DNA of 57,052 nucleotides, counting the filler, from Catajapyx aquilonaris (taxonomy: Eukaryota), in assembly GCA_000934665.2 (NCBI GenBank). It is 3 parts of 3 records of this genome, joined end to end, with 100 filler letters (N's around TTAATTAATTAA, not from the genome) between each part and the next. Parts side by side here need not be neighbours in the genome. Positions count along the whole stretch, not along the records: positions 37,996 to 57,052 come from JYFJ02006583.1; 2 more parts are not named here. One strand, written 5' to 3'. Shown piece after piece: positions 52,382 to 57,052 of this stretch; within the stretch, counting starts at the first letter, position 1; each line of letters starts with the position of its first letter. The position numbers and the translations under genes are program-made. Below the pieces are notes generated by a model. It saw nothing but the letters and a program-made list of their open reading frames with translations. It was not told where the DNA came from and did not search any database.

Positions 52382-54499
52382 GACGCGTATTTCCTAACCG
52401 TACCACATTCTAACCCCATATGTGCGTATATCTCGCCCCGTGAGGCCTTTTGACCAATCCGAAGGTCCCAGTCCCACGCAAGGGTCGCACCACCCACCCA
52501 CCCCCACCCCTGCCACCCCTTGCCACCCCCCAAACTGGAACTGGTCTTAGTGGAAGAAGTTGAAGGGTGGGTCGGTGGGTCAGCTGATGGTGCGGGTGGG
52601 TGGGGGAGAAAGAGGTGGTTTGGTGGGTGCAGATGTCTTGAATGCCCCTGGCATCATTCATTCTCAAGCACAACACCCGCGATATTGAAAATGATGTAAT
52701 CATGACAATACTCGAATATGTAACAGTTAGTAACAGTAACAGTATAATTAGTTACCGAAACATTATTTAAGTATCAGTACACGACATTAATGGTAGTATT
52801 TATGGGGCCTCAGGGGTTAAAATGCAAGTTACAAAACCGTCAACATCAAGATTCAAGAACAGAAAAGAAAGCATAATCATTGACATCATCATCACCAACA
52901 CCAAGGTCAAAAACAACAATAAATAATGGGTGGATACACAACACTAACAGGTTAAGACACACAGTTAAATACCAACAAAACGAAGTAGCCTATACGTTAA
53001 GATTGCTTTTTAACAATATCTAGGGGGCTTCACCCCGATTGTTTATTGAAAGCAGACACGTACAGTTCAAGAGCTAAAGTGAGGTCAGGACTGAGGGTAG
53101 ATATTGCTGCCAAGTGAGTGTTAGATAATCAGGATGAGTTAATAATTTCAGGTACGCTTATCAAAATGGAATTCTGCTCACATTTTCAGGCCTCCAGTCA
53201 TCAATTGAAATTTCAGCAAAGGAATAAATATTGAAATTTACTGCACTAGATGTTTTGCAATAATTTTCTCCCGCGGTGGTCGATCTTTCATTCCATAATT
53301 ATATTTTAAATTTTTATCATAAATAAAAAGGGCTCAATATATAATTTGAGGTCAAATTTGCAATTTCTGAAATGAAAAAATTTGCAAAAAAAAATCACGT
53401 TTTTAAATGCAGGAGAAACATCCAACCGATAAAATCAAAGGAAATTTACTTTGTCAATTATTAATATTTCATTTTATACCCTCCTAATTTTGGGGCAATT
53501 TCGATCAGGCCTATACATATAATTCGTAAATCTAGTTTTAGTTTCATATTGATGATGTTATTTATTAAGTCGAAAGGTGAAAAAATTCTGCAATGAAGCA
53601 TTAAGCCCATTCCCTTCATTGAAAAACTTATTCAGTGTAATTATTTCATGTTCTAATAATAAGAATTTGGGCCTTCTGGAGAATATGGACTAAATATTCC
53701 AGGCCTCAATCTGAGCACAACTCGATTTTTACACAAATTCCTCTCAATTAGAAAAATGCACTGGTACTTAATTTTTTCATTGGTATTTTCTGTAAACTAA
53801 TTGCGATCACCTGTAAGTAAAGCAATTTTAAAATGCCAAAAGTGTAAAATTTAAATAATGGTCATCTGGAACTATGAACATATATTAGGGTGATTGCTCA
53901 AAAAATTGGAATTTAAAAAAAAAATATCAAGCAAATGTTTTTTTTTTCTGGAAGCAGGCAACATACCCAACATTAAGCCACACTGACAACGTCCGCAGTT
54001 TAGTGTGTCTTACTGTTGGGCTTGTTCATTTCAATGCTTTGAGAAAGACACCTTTTTCTCTTCTTGGATCTTCCTCCCCCAACTCGATATATCAAGCTAT
54101 TTTGTTTAGCTGCAAATAATTAATGTGCGTCGACAGGACGGGTGCGAATACAGTAGATGATCGAATCAATCGCAGAGTGAGATCTATGAAGCAGTTGCAC
54201 GATCAGATCCACATCCAGCCTGTTTCAACATGATGGACCCGCGAAGGGCGAAGTCCACCTCCACCTCTCTCTCCTCCACCTCTCTCTCCTCCACCTCTCT
54301 CTCCTCCACCTCTCTCTCCTCCTCCACCTCTCTCTCCTCCACCTCTCTCTCCCCCACCCACCCATCCAGCCATCAACTGACCGAGGGGGTGGTGGGCAGG
54401 GGGTGGTCGGACTGGGCCCTTCGGAGTGGTCCAAAGGGCTCACGGGGCGGGATATACGCACAGGGGGTTAGAATGTGGTACGGTTCGGAAATACGCGGC
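52382..54499. mobile_element. 2.1-kb non-autonomous DNA element with TIRs of about 95 bp
   Basis: CGCGTATTTCCTAACCGTACCACATTCTAACCCC...GAAGGTCCCAGTCC pairs with GGACTGGGCCCTTC...GGGGTTAGAATGTGGTACGGTTCGGAAATACGCG. Possible 3-bp TSD CGG; AT-rich interior with no ORF. Confidence 0.8.
54255..54352. repeat. 15-bp minisatellite (CCACCTCTCTCTCCT)n
   Basis: About six tandem units; source of the STSLS/RERWR pseudo-ORFs. Confidence 0.9.
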
Positions 54500-54776
54500 C
54501 GGGTCTTTTCCGCTTTTCACCCGACATGCCTGGGCAGAATTGCACTCCCTACTCTGCCCGGGGCCCGGAGAAAAGGTCTGGTGGTTACAGTTTATATCAT
54601 ACAGAGCCCCCCTCTTGGGAACCTCCTTTCCCCCCTTAAGACCAAGCAAGATCAGCATAGGGGTAATATTTATATTAAAAAAATCGCTCCAATCGTATAG
54701 AAATTCAATGTATTTAATATTGATGTTCCTAATTTCATAAAACACTAATATGGAGTGGCTCCAGGAAAATTAATGG

Positions 54777-54905
54777 GTGGAATTTTCGTCGTACTACTAT
54801 TAATATTAACTATAGGTCTATAAGTTACTGCTAACTTAGCAGTACCATTGCACTACACTGGTACTGCTAAGTTAGAAGTAACTAGTAGTATGACAGAAAT
54901 TCCAC
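54777..54905. mobile_element. Small palindromic MITE
   Basis: GTGGAATTTTCGTCGTACTACT/AGTAGTATGACAGAAATTCCAC and inner CTAACTTAGCAGTACCA/TGGTACTGCTAAGTTAG. Confidence 0.75.
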
Positions 54906-55132
54906 ATTTGTTTTCAGAAAGGAGATTTCATGAGCAGTGAATTGGAAATTGCTTGAGTAAGACCTATGGTACAGCTTAAATCAATTGGTGAAGGTCTTAC
55001 GTGCGCCTGCCTTGTTTCAGTACTTTCATTCTGCCGCGGAGGTCTTACTTCTCTTTTTTTTTACTGAAGGGAAAGTTTTTGATCTAATAGATTATTTATT
55101 GGTGTTGTTGTTGTTGTTATGTCCTCCTACAG

Positions 55133-55909
55133 GTTCGCCTTTTCGGCTCTGATCGAAGAGAATCCCAACCTCATCCCGACGGCCACTCCTGTTCGCGTGC
55201 TGATATGTGTCTGGGCCCTGGTGTGTGACATCCTGGTTTGCGGATACGAGGCCAAGTTCTTTGCCTTTCTGGTGTCCCCTGAAGAGGAGAAGCTGCCAAT
55301 GAGCATGAAGGAGCTGGCTTCGACTACGGGATGGGAATGGGGGTGCATGGATGTCACATATGAGTACATCCCCATGCTGCTCACTCTATCTGTCAGAGGT
55401 TGGCTACCACAACGAGCTACAGGCGGTGATGCAGAAAGGCGGTGGAATGACCGAGTGTGTCCAGAGGTCAATGGAAGAGAACTTTGCCTGCTTTTCTCTT
55501 GATGTCCTTCTGAGTGCCATGAGTGTTCAGAAAATGGATTTGGACGGAATAATACCTGTCCAAATCATACATGACATGTCCCTGATAAGCTTTGGGGGGT
55601 TACACCACCGTCAAGTATTCAGTCCTGGAGCACGCCGTTAAAAGATTAGAGTACAATTTTGAAAAGGGCGGGTTGTACCTACATTACGTCCCTCTTTTTG
55701 AGTATATCTAGAAGTTGCTCTCCCTGAGATCAGCCCGAAAGATAAACCTGTCTTACAAGACCTCGATGGCTCTGAATATAAGTCAGTTCGAGACTCCTTT
55801 GGTGGCACATTGCGCCATCATGGCCTTTGCTTACGTGGTTTTCATTTGCGAGCTGTTGAAAATCGGACACAGCAAAAGAAAGTTAGTCGTGAATACCACA
55901 TCAAACTGA
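55133..55909 (+). pseudogene. Divergent ionotropic receptor pseudogene, exon 2 (pore, M2, S2, M3)
   Basis: Acceptor gtcctcctacag|G is phase-compatible with the 45064 donor. Motifs FAFSALIEE (pore), VRVLICVWALVCDILVCGYEAKFFAFLVSP (M2) and ALNISQFETPLVAHCAIMAFAYVVFICELL (M3). Frameshifts near 55385 and 55597; TAG at 55709 where the paralog has TTG (40596). Confidence 0.87.
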
Positions 55910-56837
55910 AACACCAAACTGGGCCCAGCTGAAATTCGAAAGCAACTTCATATGAATGTTATTAACACCACTTAGTAATGTCACAATAAGAAAATGTGCC
56001 TTGCCTGGTCATTCAAATAGTAGGGCCTAAGCGGCATACACCACTGTAGTTCATTTATCACAATCCAAAATGAAACATTGCAGCGTAAGTACGCATGAGC
56101 ACCGAACGGAAAAATTACTTTCGTATCATATGTTGTAATATATACCATTCTTAAATCAGAACTACTTGAAGTTCATGTCCTTGTTGTTATTAATGTAAGA
56201 AGATTGAGGGGCCACGCCTCTTCGCCCGGGAAAAAAGGGCTTCAGTCCTTACCATCAAGAGATTCCCAGAATCGTGTCGCTGGTGAAGATAACAGTGGAC
56301 AGAGGAAAGATCCTGCTATAGTTAGGATAGAAGAGAACTTCACCACTGGGACATTAGAACCGCATTAATTTGTTGAACCTTGAAAGTTGAAGTTTAGGCC
56401 AAAAATTCACGTGGATTTATTAAACTTAGGATCAAACCCATATTCCTAAAGGTGTAGGTACTATTGCTGTCTCTTGTCAACGTTGACTACAATTTCTTTG
56501 AGAATTGGTGAAGTAGTGTGTACTGTAGCAATGCACCGTATGCGCAATATTATTTAAGCCATGCACTATGTCAATCATTATATGACTACTACATGTAATC
56601 AGTAACGTAATAATATGTGCGTATAATTTCACTAGGACAATGTGTATCCAGTAAATCTATTGCAGACTCATTCACGTTATGTGCAAGAAGCGGAGAAGGT
56701 ACAGTACTGTACATATTATCTAGTCATGGCTGCACATACAACTGTATTAGGATTTTGAATGTGGGAGGAAACGTCACAGGATTGCCAAGAAAACCTATCG
56801 TAACTCTTTCCACAAAAGAAATAATCGGCCTCTTTAA

Positions 56838-56897
56838 CACGGGAATCGAACCTGGAACATCCGAGGCGGAAGACTGTGGCTCTAACCACTGTACCAC
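56838..56897 (-). mobile_element. Degenerate tRNA-SINE head
   Basis: Minus strand GTGGTACAGTGGTTAGAG (A box) ... GGTTCGATTCCCG (B box); no intact cloverleaf evident. Confidence 0.55.
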
Positions 56898-56934
56898 TTC
56901 TGAATGTACAAGTACAGTATGTGCAATCTAATAT

Positions 56935-56976
56935 ATATAAAGCCCCACGCCGAGGATATAAAGCCCCACGCCGAGG
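56935..56976. repeat. Exact 21-bp tandem duplication
   Basis: ATATAAAGCCCCACGCCGAGG x2. Confidence 0.9.
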
Positions 56977-57052
56977 ATATAGGATATAGGATGAAAAAGA
57001 TTTCGCACTTCCCGGGGTCGCAGAGCTGTGGTCGAAATTCCGTTGGATTCCT

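Overview
This is eukaryotic, almost certainly insect, genomic DNA with no bacterial features, rRNA or CRISPR. It has one N gap and two artificial 100-bp scaffold joins (44 N + TTAATTAATTAA + 44 N). The only clearly intact coding sequence is the first coding exon of an A-type muscarinic acetylcholine receptor (mAChR-A, minus strand, 34959-34091, N-terminus to TM5). Its TM6/TM7 exons are not recognisable in the 34 kb downstream, so that stretch is probably one very long intron; it contains a His/Ser/Ala-rich candidate exon at about 12.8-13.3 kb. On the plus strand lie two tandem-duplicated divergent ionotropic receptor (IR) genes: a 3'-only relic (40488-40859) and a two-exon pseudogene (43874-45063 + 55133-55909) with four frameshifts and a nonsense codon. 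The 10-kb IR intron is a transposon pile that can be unstacked by target-site duplications (TSDs): Harbinger-type foldback > hAT-type MITE > Harbinger-type element > palindromic mariner derivative. It also holds a SINE, tandem TTA-flanked MITEs and a Utopia/NeSL-like RT fragment split by two later insertions. Elsewhere there are modular tRNA-SINEs, microsatellite-targeting elements and many TACAGTA/TACTGTA footprints. I found no convincing novel protein-coding system; the unusual biology is mainly TE architecture and chemoreceptor birth-and-death.
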